A stretch of 64,000 nucleotides of DNA from the human T2T-CHM13v2.0 reference genome, Homo sapiens: NCBI RefSeq assembly GCF_009914755.1, contig NC_060925.1, one strand, 5' to 3'. Of the stretch, positions 16,701 through 30,638 are shown in pieces. Positions within the stretch are counted from its first letter, which is position 1, and every line of letters starts with the position of its first letter. Under the pieces are notes generated by a model. That model saw only the letters and a program-made list of their open reading frames with translations, ran no database searches and was not told the DNA's origin. A program made the position numbers and the translations under genes.

Positions 16701-17627
16701 AGATACATTTTCAAATTACAAATTTTTTTCAGTAAAAGAGACTACACACATCAGCTACTTTTATACCACCTAGCAATGACACATCATGAAAGGACAATTA
16801 CAGGGAGTTTTACTCATTATTATAGTTCCAGAAATCCTAAAAAAAATATTAGCAAATGGAATAATACATTATGACTAAAGTTGGGTTTATAACACAAAAT
16901 GCAAAGTAGATTTAATATTAGAAAGTTAGAATAGTTTACCATTAATGAACTAAAGGAGAAAAATCTTAAAATCATCTCGATTGAGCAAAAATGACATTTA
17001 ATAAAATTTAACAACTATTCATAAGAACTCTTAGCAAAACAACAATAGAAAAGAATTTCTTTACTCTGATTAGTGATATCTACAAAAACCCATCGACAAA
17101 TATATGTAATGGTGAAAAGCTTTCCCTTTTAGATGAGGACCAAGGCTGGGATGTCCATTATTATCCTTGCTATTCCACATTGTATTGGAGGTCTCAATCA
17201 ATACAGTAATCAATACAGTAAGGTCTCAATCAATACAAGAAAATATGTAAGGATTAGAAAATTAAAACTTCACAAGTGATGTGATCATTTAGAAAATCCA
17301 GTAAAAACTTTACAGGCATTGAGTTTAGCAAGTTGCTAGATAACAAGATCCATAAACAAAACCTAATTGCATTTCCATAGATCAACAATAAACTGAAAGC
17401 AAATTTTTTGAGATACTGTTTACAATAACAAAATGTAATAACCTAGGAGTAAATCTTTTAAAAGATGTGTAAAACATCTAAAAAGTAAACTATAAAGCTT
17501 TATTAGGAGAAATTTAAGAATAATCTAAAGTAGATATATACTACGTTTCTGGAGTTGGAAAACTGGTTTGTATGGTGTTAACTTTTACCCTAAATTCCTT
17601 TATAGATTCAATGTAATTCCAGTTTTA

Positions 17628-17860
<233 letters not shown>

Positions 17861-18598
17861 TATCTATATATTTGTATATATTAGGATAGCCAAAAACTCT
17901 TTTAGAAACCTAATTTAGGAGGACTTGCTCTGTCAGCTATTAAGGCTCTTTATAAAACTATATTAATTGAGACAAAGTGGTATTAGTGTTAGAAATAGAC
18001 CAATGGAACAGAATAAAGAGTCCAAAAACAGACCTGTGCATATATGTACATTTTACTTATGATAAAATTGACACTGCAGAGTGGTGGGGAAATTAAGATC
18101 TTTTCAATAAATGATCCTGGCTCATCTGGAGATCCATATGGAAAAATAAAGTGGAAGTGGATTATTTCTTAACAATTTACATAAAAATGAATTCCATCTA
18201 AATTGTAGACCTACGTGTAAAACACCAAATAGTAATAATACCACTTTTAGAATATATTATAGCATCTTCATGACCTGAGGATAAAGAAGTAATTATTAAA
18301 TCAAATAGAAAAAGCACCAATTATAAAGAAGAAAAAGGTGATAATGTTTATTAATATTAATAACTTCTGTTTGTCAAAAGACACTACTGAAAGTGCAAAA
18401 AGTCAAGCTATATAAACCAACAAAGAAATTATACCAGAATATTTCAAGCATCCCGACAAATTGAGAAAGACAAAGCCCAATAGAAAAATGGGCAGAGACT
18501 TAATAGGCACTTCACAAAAGAATATAACCAAATGGCTGTATACATTTAAAGAGGTGCTCAGCCTTATCAAGGAATCCCAAGTTAAAACCACAACAATG

Positions 18599-18900
18599 GG
18601 GCCAGGCGCGGTGGCTCACGCCTGTAATCCCAGCACTTTGGGAGGCCGAGGCAGGTGGATTACGAGGTCAGGAGTTCAAGATCAGCCTGGCCAGGATGGC
18701 GAAACCCCATCTCTACTGAAAATACAAAAAATTAGCCGGGATGGTGGCGGGCACCTGTAATCCCAGCTACCTGGGAGGCTGAGGCAGAGAATCGCTTGAA
18801 CCCGGGAGGCAGAGGCTGCAGTGAGCCGAGATTGTGCCACTGCACTCCTCCAGCCTGGGTAACAGAGCAAGACTCTGTCTCAAAAAAAAAAAAAAAAAAA
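18599..18900 (+). mobile_element. AluSg-like
   Basis: Full dimer, gattacgaggtcaggagttcaag, and a poly-A tail. Confidence 0.93.
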
Positions 18901-19619
18901 CCCACAAGATACCCCCACATAATCTCCAGATTGGCTAAGATTTAAAATCAGATGATACTAAAGTTGTCAAGCATATAGAGCAATGGGAACTCCTACATTG
19001 CTAGTGGGAGTAAAAACTTGTACAGTTTCATTGGAGAACACTTTAGCATTATCTAATAAAATTGAAAGTAATGCTAACCCAACATAAATACATGCTTATG
19101 TACATGAGGATGCATGTACAAGAATAAACAAGCATCCATAATGGCCCCAAAATGGATACAACCTGGAAAAAAATCAGTAAAATGAGTTTTAAAAAAGTGA
19201 CATCATCATGTAGTAAAATGAACAAACTACAGTGACACACAGCAACATTAATAAATCTTTAAAATATAATATTTAGTAAATCAAACTAAAAAGTATATCT
19301 TCTTATACTATTTATATAAAATTCAAGAAAAGGAAAAAGAAAACATGTTGAGATATGCACATTTCAGTGCTAAAACTAAATAAAAGCAAGGAATGTTTAC
19401 CCCGGAAATAGGTATAGTGGTTATCTATAGGGTGAAAGGAATTGGGATCAGGATGGAGTATTTGGGGAATCATTTGTTGCAGACAATGTTCTAATTCTTG
19501 CTATGGCGGTATTATAATTCATTAAACTCTACATTTATGTTTTATGCTATTCTCTGTGGGGCATCATATTTCACAATAAAATAAAGGCATATATTGAAGA
19601 CATTTTTATTTCATCATAT

Positions 19620-20415
19620 CTATACTTGTTATCCTTAAAGGCTGCATCTTATTCCATTGTAGATTTATCTGTTCCCCTCCTTTTGAATAGTTGGAGTGTT
19701 TTTGTTTTTTGCAGTTGCCAACTTTGAGTTAAGCATCTTTGTACATATATCTGTGTTCATTTGCTTGTGCTGGTATTTCTGTAGGATTGGTTTCCAGAAA
19801 TAGAATCAAAAGATAATTTGCATTTCATATTTTGATAGATGCTGTTAAATAGCCTTGCAAATTTGTTCAGCCTGTCTTTTGCTATTTGAAGCTTTTAATT
19901 TTTTATTGTTCAATCTGTCTCTCTTTTCCATTGTAATTTCTCGCTTTTGTGTCATGCTTAGAAAGCCTTTTTCAACTTCAGTTTATGTCTTTATCCGGAA
20001 TTTATTTTTGGTTATGTGAAATGAGATTTTTTTTCAGCCATATAGCTAGTTGTTTCAGTGCTTTTTTTTTTTTCGAATGGTCAGTTCTTTGCACAGTGAT
20101 GTAAAAGCTACCCTTTATCATCAGCTAAATGTCTATATGTCTTTTTCTACTCTACTGATCTATTTCTATATCAATGTCACAGTATTTTAATGATTATAGA
20201 TTTTAATGTTTTTCTCTTACTGATATAGGGAATTCTAATTAGTTTTTCCTTTCAAAAGGTATTTGGCCTTTTATTCATGTACTTACTTTTCCAAATGAAT
20301 GGTAGTATCAAGTCCCTCTGTACTCTCAGCCAAAAACAAAAAACAAAAAACATGTGTTGACATTTCAGTTGGAATTACAATGAATGTATAGATTATTTGG
20401 GAGATAATTTACTTT
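19620..20415 (-). mobile_element. Old L1 ORF2 relic, antisense; it resumes at ~21979-22060
   Basis: attccattgtag, tttgtgtcatgcttagaaagcc and gttggaattacaatgaatgtatagatta are reverse L1 ORF2 motifs. Confidence 0.65.
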
Positions 20416-20647
20416 CATACACATTTTTAAATTTTAGTCATTTTTAACTTTATATAAAGAGCATGTTTTATATATTCTTTTGAACTTTTTCCATGTAAAT
20501 ATTATATTACTCATATCTCTCCATATTTTTGCTATAGTTTATTTGACTACTGTATAATTTTTACATTGTTTGAATATAACAACAAATTTAGATTAAGAGT
20601 TGTGGTTGGGGTTGGTATTCAAGTTCAGTCTCTTATTGAAGTATATT
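20259..20647 (+). repeat. Inverted repeat, left arm (389 bp)
   Basis: Reverse complement of 21592-21978, with ~10 substitutions and one 2-bp indel by manual alignment. Confidence 0.97.
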
Positions 20648-20664
20648 TTTTAAACAAAAAACAA

Positions 20665-20946
20665 GGCCAGGTGTGGTGCCTCACACCTGTAATCCCAGCA
20701 CTTTGGGAAGCTAAGGAAGGCGGATCACTGGAGGTCAGGAGTTCAAGACCAGCCTGGCCAATGTGGCAAAACCCAGTCTCTACTAAAAATAAGAAAATTA
20801 GCCAGGCGTGGTGGCATGTGCCTGTAATTCCAGCTACTCAGGAGACCAAGGCACAAGAATTGCTTGAACCTGGGAGGCGGAGGTTGCAGTAAGCCGAGAA
20901 GGCGCCACTGTTCTCCAGCCTCCGTGACAGAGTGAGACTCTGTCTC

Positions 20947-20978
<32 letters not shown>
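20665..20978 (+). mobile_element. AluSx/Sz-like, in the spacer of the inverted repeat
   Basis: Full dimer with a ~30-nt poly-A tail. Confidence 0.93.
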
Positions 20979-20980
<2 letters not shown>

Positions 20981-21029
20981 AAAGGAAACAAACAAGAAGT
21001 ATTGACTATAAAAGACTGGTGGGGTTGGC

Positions 21030-21830
21030 CATTATATTAAAATTATAAACTTCTGTCCATCTATAGACTTTAAGTAAAGAAGGTAAAAAGACCAGTTAGA
21101 AACTGAGAAATGATATTCACAAGACCCACAATTTTTCACAGGATTACTATCAAGGACATACAAAGAACTGCTATCTATTAATAGGCTGAGCATGACCAAC
21201 TCAATAGAAAAGTGGGCAAGAGATATAAAGAAGACTTTCACAAAAGCATAACATATATACCCATAGACTTATGAAAAATGTTCGGTATTACTGGTAGTCA
21301 GGATATGCAAAATCAACCATCTTATCTTCATTCCATGAGAAACACTAAAAATTCTGACAATACCAAGTATTAATATTGAGCAGAATGTAGATGACTCAGG
21401 ATTTCATATATCCTGCTGGTGGGAAAAAGTTTGGCATTGCTGAAGTTGAACATTTATATACCCTAAGCCCAGAGATTCTATTCCTATGTATATACCAAAG
21501 AGGAATTCCTACAAAGGATAAAAGAAGACATTTGCAAGGATGTTCACAGCAGCACTGACACCAATAGCAAAACTCTTAACAAAGGAAATACAATATACTT
21601 CAATAAGAGACTGAACCTGAATACCAACCCCAACCGCAACTCTTAATCTAAATTTGTTGTTATATTCAAACAATGTAAAAATTATACAGTAGTCAAATAA
21701 ACTACAGCAAAAATATGGAGAGATATGAGTAATATAATATTTAAATGGAAAAAGTTCAAAAGAATATATAAAACATGCTCTTTATGTAAAGTTAAAAATG
21801 ACTAAAATTTAAAAATGTGTATGAAAGTAA
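21030..21830 (+). mobile_element. Old L1 (L1ME-like) ORF2 end and 3'UTR
   Basis: aaattataaacttctgtccatc, caactcaatagaaaagtgggcaagaga and aaggatgttcacagcagcact. Confidence 0.7.
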
Positions 21831-21978
21831 ATTGTCTCCCAAATAATCTATACATTCGTTGTAATTCCAACTGAAATGTCAACACGTTTTTTGTTTTTTG
21901 TTTTTGGCTGGGAGTACAGAGGGACTTGATACTACCATTCATTTGGAAAAGTAAATACATTAATAAAAGGCCAAATAC
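21592..21978 (-). repeat. Inverted repeat, right arm (387 bp)
   Basis: aatatacttcaataagagactgaac...taataaaaggccaaatac is the reverse complement of 20259-20647. Confidence 0.97.
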
Positions 21979-23349
21979 AGGATTTTGTCAGTTGCCTTTT
22001 CAGCATGTACTGATATAATCATTTTGTTTTTACCTTTTAATCTCTTAATACAGTGTCATAATGATGTTGTATTAAAATATTTATTCATTTCTCCCAAGTC
22101 ACAAAAGTAAAGCCAGGAAACTTAAATATAGCAGGTCATTGAAAATACAAATTTGTTCTTTGCAGTATTCTTAAAGCCTTAGAATTTTTTGTGTTTTGTC
22201 ATCCAGCATACCGACCTTGTGCTCATCTTTTTACTCTGCTTATCTACTTTCATTTTACAAAACATCATTTTGGAATTTCCCAAGATACTTAAATTTTTAT
22301 TATTTATTAACTATGTGCAGAAAAACTTGGGGTCTCTCTTCATGCCAGCTAATTACACTACTGCTGTAAAATGAAGATGCAATTAGGGAAAGCAAGGCAG
22401 CAACTTACTACCATTTATTCTATGCTGTAGTCAGATGATGATGGTGAACTCTGATTTTGTTATAAATGACTGTAGATCTTTGATAAACCTTTGATGTTAC
22501 TGTTGTTGAATTAATTTCTCCTGTCTTACAGCGGCCTCTGTTGACCCCAAACCTTAAGATCTTTTTAGCGTATGAGACCTTAATAAATGATAGAAGAAGA
22601 AAAAAAATTGTGTTTGCAATTTTGTGATTTTTTTAACATATGGACTCACAGATTATATAAGCTTCAGGTCCCACAACACATGAGTCTGCCTCTGGGTGTA
22701 AGGGGTGAAGAGTGGGGGTTTTATTTACCCCAGTTCTTGCCCACAATTGTGCTATCACTGCTAGAAAGCTGATCTCTATGATGGGGAGCCAATCGTTGTT
22801 TACTTTACTTTCAGTAATTAAAGTTAATTTAATCTACTTGATTAAAATTTTATCTCATATCCTATTTAACTCCACCCCCAACCCCACCATGGAGTAGGAG
22901 ATAGCCAGCCAGTTCTTTCACTCCTCCACCCCTGCTCTACCCTCTTCAACTTCTAACCCTTCTGGCATTGGAGTAGGGAGACAGGATTGGAGAAAAGGTG
23001 TTCTGGTCTGATGCCACAGTTTTTACTTAGCCAGACATGAAATTACAAGCCCCTGTTGGTTATTGTTGCTTCTCTAGCTAACATTGGCCGTGAATTTGAA
23101 TGCCTTCTGCGTGTGTTCCAGTGCTGGTTCTGTTACAGGTAGAAGGGTGCAAACTCTTCAGAGGGGCCCATAGGAAGCTTCCCTACTGAATAGTTCTTTG
23201 GTGTTGGAGATCCAGCATCCACGATATAGACCTGGTTCTCTTTTTTGGTGTCTACTTAGCTCATAGTAATCAACTATATCTTTCCTTTGCATTCTTGTTC
23301 TTCCAGTCAGCAAGGTTACAGGCTGCTCCACTGCAGCACCTTGTTCAGG

Positions 23350-23555
23350 GTTTTATTTTACCAGGGCTGCTATAACAAAGAACCACTGACTGGGTGGCTT
23401 AGACAACAGAAATGTATTGTTTCACAGTTCTGGAAGTTAGAAGGTGTCAACGGGGTTGTTTCCTTCTGAGGGCTGTGAGAACGAATCTGTTGCATGCCTT
23501 TTCACCTCGCTTCCAGTGGGTTGCTGGCAATGTTTGGTGTTCCTTGGTTTGTAGG
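23350..23555 (-). mobile_element. MLT1 (B/C-like) LTR fragment
   Basis: agggctgctataacaaagaaccactgactgggtggcttagacaacagaaatgtattgtttcacagttctggaag. Confidence 0.8.
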
Positions 23556-24212
23556 TATGGGTGGGAAGAAAATAATAGAGTTTTATCCCTTTGGTTTTTA
23601 TCTGAAATAAGGAAAAGTGTACTTCACTAATATTTGCTTTATAGATTTGGAGCCCATGTATGTCATTTATGAATAAATATACTAGAGATATGAAGTTAAA
23701 TTTTCTATTGATATAATATTTAAGAAGTATAGACCATGAGCTTCTTGAGAACAAATCTTTTTCTAATTTGTCTCTATATTCCACAAATGTGATGTATTTT
23801 ATTGTAATGTTAATGAATTTCTGAGGTAGATAATAATGTAGTTCTGTAAAATAGTTCTGCCATTTAAACTCATTTAAGATCAAATAGGGCATGCTTTACA
23901 TATCTGTTGATGCAACTGTTTTGTCCAACTACAGCCGAATTTACAACAGATTCAAATACTAACCAGAAGGAAATTAATGAGTTGATTGTGGTATTTTTTT
24001 TTCAATCAGAAGTGTTTTCTGGATACATCTAGATACAGTGTTGTAACAATCCAGGTGATAAATGTATTGAACATTTTTTATAATTGTGGTTTTTAATGTA
24101 AAAAAAGAAAGGTATGAAAACCCTTGACTTTTTTTTGAGTTGCCAAAACATTTCTGTAATAATGTATACATTCTCCATAGCTATTAGTACCCGTTAGCTT
24201 TTTTTAATTGAA

Positions 24213-25051
24213 CAGTTGGCCCTTCATATCTCTGGGTTCTGCATATGTGTGGATTCAACCAACCATGGATCAAAAATATTCTTAAAAAAATTGCATCTGT
24301 ACTGAACATGTACAGACTTTTGTTCTCATCACTATTCCCTAAACTAGTGCTCCCCAGCCTTTTTGGCACCAGGGTCTGGTTTCATGGAAGATTTTTCCAT
24401 GGACAGGAGGGAGTCGGGGGTGGGGGTTGGTTTTGGCATGATTCAAGCACATTACACTTACTGTGCATTTTATTTCTATTATTATTACATTGTAATATAT
24501 AATGAAATAATTATACAACTCACCATAATGTAGAATCAGTGGGAGCCTGAGCTCGTTTCCCTGCAACTAGATGGTCTCATCTGGGGGTGATGGGAGACAG
24601 TGACAGATCATCAGGCATTAGATTCTCATAAGGAACACGCAACCTAGATCCCTTGCATGTACGGTTTACAATAGGGTATGTGCTTCTGTGAGAATCTGAT
24701 GCCACCACTGATCTAACAGGAGGTGGCGCTCTGGCGGTAATGCTTGTTCATCTGCCACTCACCTCCTGCTGTGCGGCCTACTTCCTACCAGGCCATAAAC
24801 CAGTACTGCTCCGTGGCCTGGGGGTTGGGGACCCCTGCCCTAAGTAATATAGTGTAATAACTATTTACATAGGATTTACATTGTATTAGGTATTACAAGT
24901 AATCTAGAGATGATTTAAAGTACATGGAAGGTTATGCATAGGTTATATACAAATACTGTGCCCTCTTTTATCAGGGATTTAAGCATCCATGGATTTTGAT
25001 GTCTGTAGGAGGTCCTGGAACCAATCCCCCATGGATACCGAGAGATTACTG
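24213..25051. mobile_element. MER2 (Tigger-family MITE) split by MER1A
   Basis: Left end cagttggcccttcatatct...ggattcaaccaacc; right end ggaaccaatcccccatggataccgagagattactg. Confidence 0.85.
24345..24837 (-). mobile_element. MER1A (hAT-Charlie) nested in MER2
   Basis: ccccagcctttttggcaccaggg...ggggttggggacccctg; 8-bp TSD ccctaaac/ccctaagt. Confidence 0.9.
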
Positions 25052-25054
25052 TGT

Positions 25055-26200
25055 ATGACTTAAGGTCTATAACATGATGTTTTGATATACATAGTGAAAT
25101 GATTACTACAGTCCAGCAAATTAACATATCTGTTATCTCATATACTTCTCTCCCTCCCTCCTTCCTTCTCTCCCTCCCTCCCTCCCTCTCTTCCCTTCTC
25201 TTTTCCTTCATAGTAAGAGTATCTAAAATCTACTCCCTTGGAAATTTCCAGTATAAAATATTATTAACCATAGTCCTCATGTTGTACACTAGATCTCTAG
25301 ATTTAGCCTACATAGCTGCAAACTTTATACCCTTTGACCTAATTCTTCCCATTTTCTCTGCCCCAGGTAACCAGTATTCTGCTCTTTGTTGCTATCTGTG
25401 TATTTGTTGTTGCATTTTTTGGTTTTTCATTATGTTTTTTTTTTAATTCCACATATAAGTGAGATCATGCAGTGTTTTTCTCTGTGTGTCTGGCGTATTT
25501 CACTTAGCATAATGTCCTCTAAGTTCATTAATGTTTTGCAAATGGCAGGATCTCTCTCTTTTTCAAGGATGAATATTTCATTACATACACACACACCCAC
25601 ATCATAGTTTCTTTATTCGTCAACAGGCACTTCAGTTGCTTCCATAACTTGTATTGTGAATAATGTTGCAATGAATATGGGAATGCAGATTTTTTTAATA
25701 AGATTGTGATTTCATTTCCTTTGAGTAGATACTCAGAAGAGGCGGGATTGCAGGGTCATATTACTAGTTCTATTTTTAATTCCTTAAGAAACCTCCATAC
25801 TGTTTTCCACACGGGCTGCACAAATCTGCATTTCCACCAACAGTGTACAAGGGTTCCCTTTTCCTCCCACTCTTACTAACACTTGTTATCTCTTGTTTTT
25901 TTGATAATAGCCATCCTAAAAGGGGTGAGGTGATATCTTATTGTGGTTTTGATTTTCATTTTCCTGATGATTAGTGATGTTGAGCATCTTTTCATATACC
26001 TGTTGGCCATTTTTATGTCTTTTGAGAAATGTTTATTCAGGTTCTTTGCCCATTTTTTAATTAGGTTATTCAATTTTTTGGCATTGCATCGTTATATATT
26101 TTTGATATTAACCCTTTATCAGATACATGGTTTGCAGATATTTTCTCCTAATGCGTAGGCCTCCTTTTCATTTTGTTGATTGTTTCCTTTGCTGTGCAAA
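25055..26200 (-). mobile_element. L1MA/MB 3' end, antisense
   Basis: ttccacatataagtgagatcatgcag, catttccaccaacagtgtacaagggttccc and gatgattagtgatgttgagcatcttttcatatacctgttggcc. Confidence 0.9.
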
Positions 26201-26526
26201 AAAAGGCTATTAACTTTTATCCGGTACCACACGTCCAAAGTTAGATTTAAATTAACATAGTTTTCATTGTAAAATTAGCAATGGTAAATTTGTCGAAGCA
26301 TTAAACAGCCTCATTAAATGTTCATAGGAGCAAATAACCATGTCAAATACCCTGTTCAGATATGGAAAAATTTTGCTCATTTAACAAATATTAAGCACTT
26401 ACTATGTGCCCAGCATTGACTAATGTTCAGTGAAATCCTTTTGTTAAGAGATTCTTTTGAAAAACAATCAGACTATAAATATTATTTATTGGTGGAAAAG
26501 AGTAAAACATCTATATGCTATAAAAA

Positions 26527-26887
<361 letters not shown>

Positions 26888-27019
26888 TTAACTCTGTTGT
26901 AGTGTCTCAGATCACTGATCAAGGAAAAGAGTTTTACTTCTCATTAAATAACTGTTCACCTTCACCCTTCATACCTCACCCAAAATATCTAAAAATGTTA
27001 TGGAAGAAATTCCAATATG

Positions 27020-27260
27020 GAATGTAGTTCTGAGTGTCGGCTCTGGAATAAGAATATCTAAGTCTTCACCCAACCTCCAATACTGGCTATATGACTTCAT
27101 CACTTCTCTAAACCTTTGTTTTCTCTGAACCTTAGTTTACTTAACTATAAAATGGGAAAAATGTTACTACAACCTTGTAGGGTTGATATGAGGAGAAAAT
27201 GAGAGGTTAATAGCACCTCACGTACTACCTAGTACATTGTAAATGCAGAATACATTTGAT
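27020..27260 (+). mobile_element. MIR
   Basis: ctctgaaccttagtttacttaactataaaatgggaaaa...gtagggttgatatgagga. Confidence 0.65.
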
Positions 27261-28141
27261 CTATTATTATTGTTGCTACAAGTATTCAAATTATTGCTAG
27301 GCCTAGTGACAAATTGCAGGAGATGTTACCCTAATGATTTTCAGTTTACTTACAGAGCAGTGCTAATCATAGGTATATTGGGTTTATATATCCATCTATG
27401 CATCTACTCAATAAATATTAGGTAGCTACTATTTGCTTGATATTTTGTTAGGTGCTAAAAGTGATAGGCTCCAAGAATTGTATATACTATGAGTAAAATG
27501 TAAAATATAACTTTATATTAAAGAAAAAATATTTCAAGAATAGTTATGCATTAGCTACTTTCTGGGTCTTTTTGAGAAGGAGTTATCTGTTCATTAACAA
27601 CAGCTGTCACTGTATTTACTTTTTTTTTCTTAGAAGAATAGCTTTAGTATTTAAAGAATCTGATTATCTTTAATTCTAGATAATCATTAACGTCTTTAAA
27701 CAGAACCTGCCTTTAGCTTTGAATGGAATATTTCTGTTGAGCACATGTTTTATAATACTGTTGACTACCTTGCTTTTTTTTTTATTACTTTACATCTTGA
27801 TAGCCTTTTTCACTGAAATCAAAGCAACTTCTATGTATATATTAAATATTCATATGATGGGAATACTTCTGATGCTAACATCCTTGTTACATTGTGGCTT
27901 TGCATGTCTAAGTATTGCTTCCTAAATCTAGATAAATGAAAATTCATCTTAGTTTCATTAGTTTCATCAGCTCTAATCTTATAATACCTTATATGATCAT
28001 ATAATACTATATCTCCTCACTAAAATACAAGGAAAGTTATAGTTTGATATTTACTTTAAGCTTCTTTGAGGAAAAGTATTGTACATGTACAAAGGAGTAT
28101 CAAGATAGAGATGCAATCATGGTATCTATCCTCTAGTTGCC

Positions 28142-28196
28142 TGTTATGTTATGTTATGTTATGTTATGTTATGTTATGTTATGTTATGTTATGTTA
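28142..28196. repeat. (TGTTA)11 pentanucleotide microsatellite forming an Alu tail
   Basis: Eleven perfect copies between the TSD and the Alu body. Confidence 0.97.
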
Positions 28197-28489
<293 letters not shown>

Positions 28490-29359
28490 TAGAAAACTAG
28501 TTATTCTTGCTTTCAGTCCTTTATCACAATAGTGTATTGAATGTCCGTAAGTTCAATAGTAATCCTCCAAATATTTGAGACATATTTTAATATTATATAG
28601 ATTATTACTTTGAATTATACTTGCAATCAGTACCCATGATTTCTCAGTCACCATTGCTTGAAGACACTTTGTTTTTCAAATAAATGCCTTTTTATGATAT
28701 TGAAATATAATTTGTATAGTAGATTATTCATGGAGTAGCATGCCTAATTTTATCCTTAAAATGTCAACCAACATCAATGTTAAATTTCCTGATTTTAATT
28801 TTTGTTCTTGGTTTAGTAAGAGAATGTCCTTTGTTTTAGAAAATGCACACTGAAACAGTTGCTGGTAAAGGGCATAATGTCTCCAGCTTCCTCAAATGAG
28901 TCAGGAAAAATGCATATATATAATAAAAATATACATAGAGTGATTCAGCAAAGTTGGCAAAATGTAAACTGTTGATAAATCTGGAAAAAAGATATTCAGG
29001 AGTTGCTTATACTATTTATATAAAGTTACTAAAAAATCTACACCAACTTTAGTTATCAGTTTAGGAAAAGATCATGTATTACTTGCCTTTGTTCATTCTT
29101 GAGTATCTAGCATTAATCTTTTCCTATGTGCAAGAATACTAAAGCAGGAGGAAAGAGACTGAGTTAGTGGTTTTGGTTTCTTCAAGAAGGATGGAAATCC
29201 CAGAGGAATTAGGGAGAAAATGTGGTGATTGTAAAATTAGAAGATAACGCTCATCCGCTGTCACATTTTAAAATTACTTGGTACCTCCCACCCCCCCCCC
29301 CCCAAAAAAAAACACAGATTATAGAAAACATCTTATTTGGACATCCTTTTGAAGTATAA

Positions 29360-29805
29360 GGCTTCCACACAAAAACTTGTACACAAATTGTTCATGGCAG
29401 CATTCTTCATAATATTAAAAAGTAGAAACAACCCAAATGTCCATTAGTGGAATATTTTCGGCCATAAAAAGGAATGAAGTACTCGCTAAAACATGGATGA
29501 ACCTAAGTAAAAGAAACCAGGCATAAAAGACCACATATTATATGATTTCAGTTGTATAAAATGTCCAGAATAGGCAAATGCATAGAGTCAAAACTTAGAT
29601 GAGTATTTGTTAGGGGATTAGGGGCTGGGGAGTATACAGAGTGACTGCTAATGGACACAGAGTTTCTTTTACAGGCCATGAAAATGTTCTGTAATTAAAT
29701 AGTAGTAATGGCTACAAAAATGTGAATGTATTAAAAATCACTTTAAAAGGATGAATTTTATAGTATGTGAATTATATTTCAATAAAGCTCTTATTTTAAA
29801 AAAGT
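29360..29805 (+). mobile_element. L1MB/MC 3'UTR
   Basis: ccacacaaaaacttgtacacaaat, gccataaaaaggaatgaagtact and gtatgtgaattatatttcaataaagct. Confidence 0.85.
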
Positions 29806-29809
29806 AAAA

Positions 29810-30310
29810 CCTTGCCCATCACTCTTGCCTCGGAGTCTTCCTGTCTAATTAAAGGTAAGTCAAAGACCCCTAACATTACATGATCTGGCTTCCTATTACT
29901 CCACAGTCTGATCTCCTTTTACTTTTTCCCTCTCATTCCAGTCTAGCTGCAGTGCCTCCTGGCTGTTCTTGCCTCTAGTCTTTTTATTGGTAGTTCCTTC
30001 TTCCTAAAACTTACCACCTTTAACAGTTTAGTCAAATGTCAACCTCTCAGCAAGGCTTTCCCTGGCTACCCTCTCTGAAATTGTAAACCTCCCCCAGATT
30101 ACCTATTTCCCCTTTTTGCTTTACTCTTCTCCTTGGTATTATTTACCATCTAACACAATATATATTTTACTTTTTTATCTTACTATTTCTCTTCCCCATA
30201 AAATATAAGCTCCCTGAGGACAGAGATTTTGTTGCTTTTGTTCACAACTGTATGTGGGGGTCTAAAATATGCTTGGCACATATTAGCACTGATATTGTTG
30301 AATGAATGAA
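29810..30310 (+). mobile_element. L2 3' region
   Basis: Ends with aagctccctgaggacagagattttg...tggcacatattagcactgatattgttgaatgaatgaa. Confidence 0.8.
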
Positions 30311-30638
30311 TCTGAAAGTATGAGTACAAGCAGCTATAATGAAAATCAGGAATACTAAGTAATTGAAGAAAGGGCTACATATTTTATGCCCTTTATTAAA
30401 ATAAAAATTAAGTATCTCATGGGACCATGAAACTAAAGGAGTAGAAGGAAAGCAGTAATTTCTGTCTTGAAAGCAAAATAATAAGACAATTATTCAGTTA
30501 TTAAAATGGAAATAAAACGTTATTTGACCCAGGCAGATAATAGTTACTTTACTTTTCAATGATAAGGACTTGGTAGATATCCGGACATACATTAAGTACT
30601 GAAAATATGTTGCCTGAATGGACAGTGTTGACATAAAT

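Noticed and set aside
23437-23892. 151-aa minus-strand ORF, and the 145-aa ORF at 61212
   Set aside because: Low-complexity AT-rich composition with no recognisable domain or splice context; the first partly overlaps an MLT1 fragment.
25876-26158. [40 protein letters not shown], and similar ORFs at 18461, 50336 and 59587
   Set aside because: Decayed L1 ORF2 C-terminal remnants or their antisense frames, within truncated elements.
29285-29312. C-run followed by an A-run as a G-quadruplex regulatory element
   Set aside because: A simple homopolymer between L1 fragments with no supporting context; G4 formation is possible but nothing indicates function.
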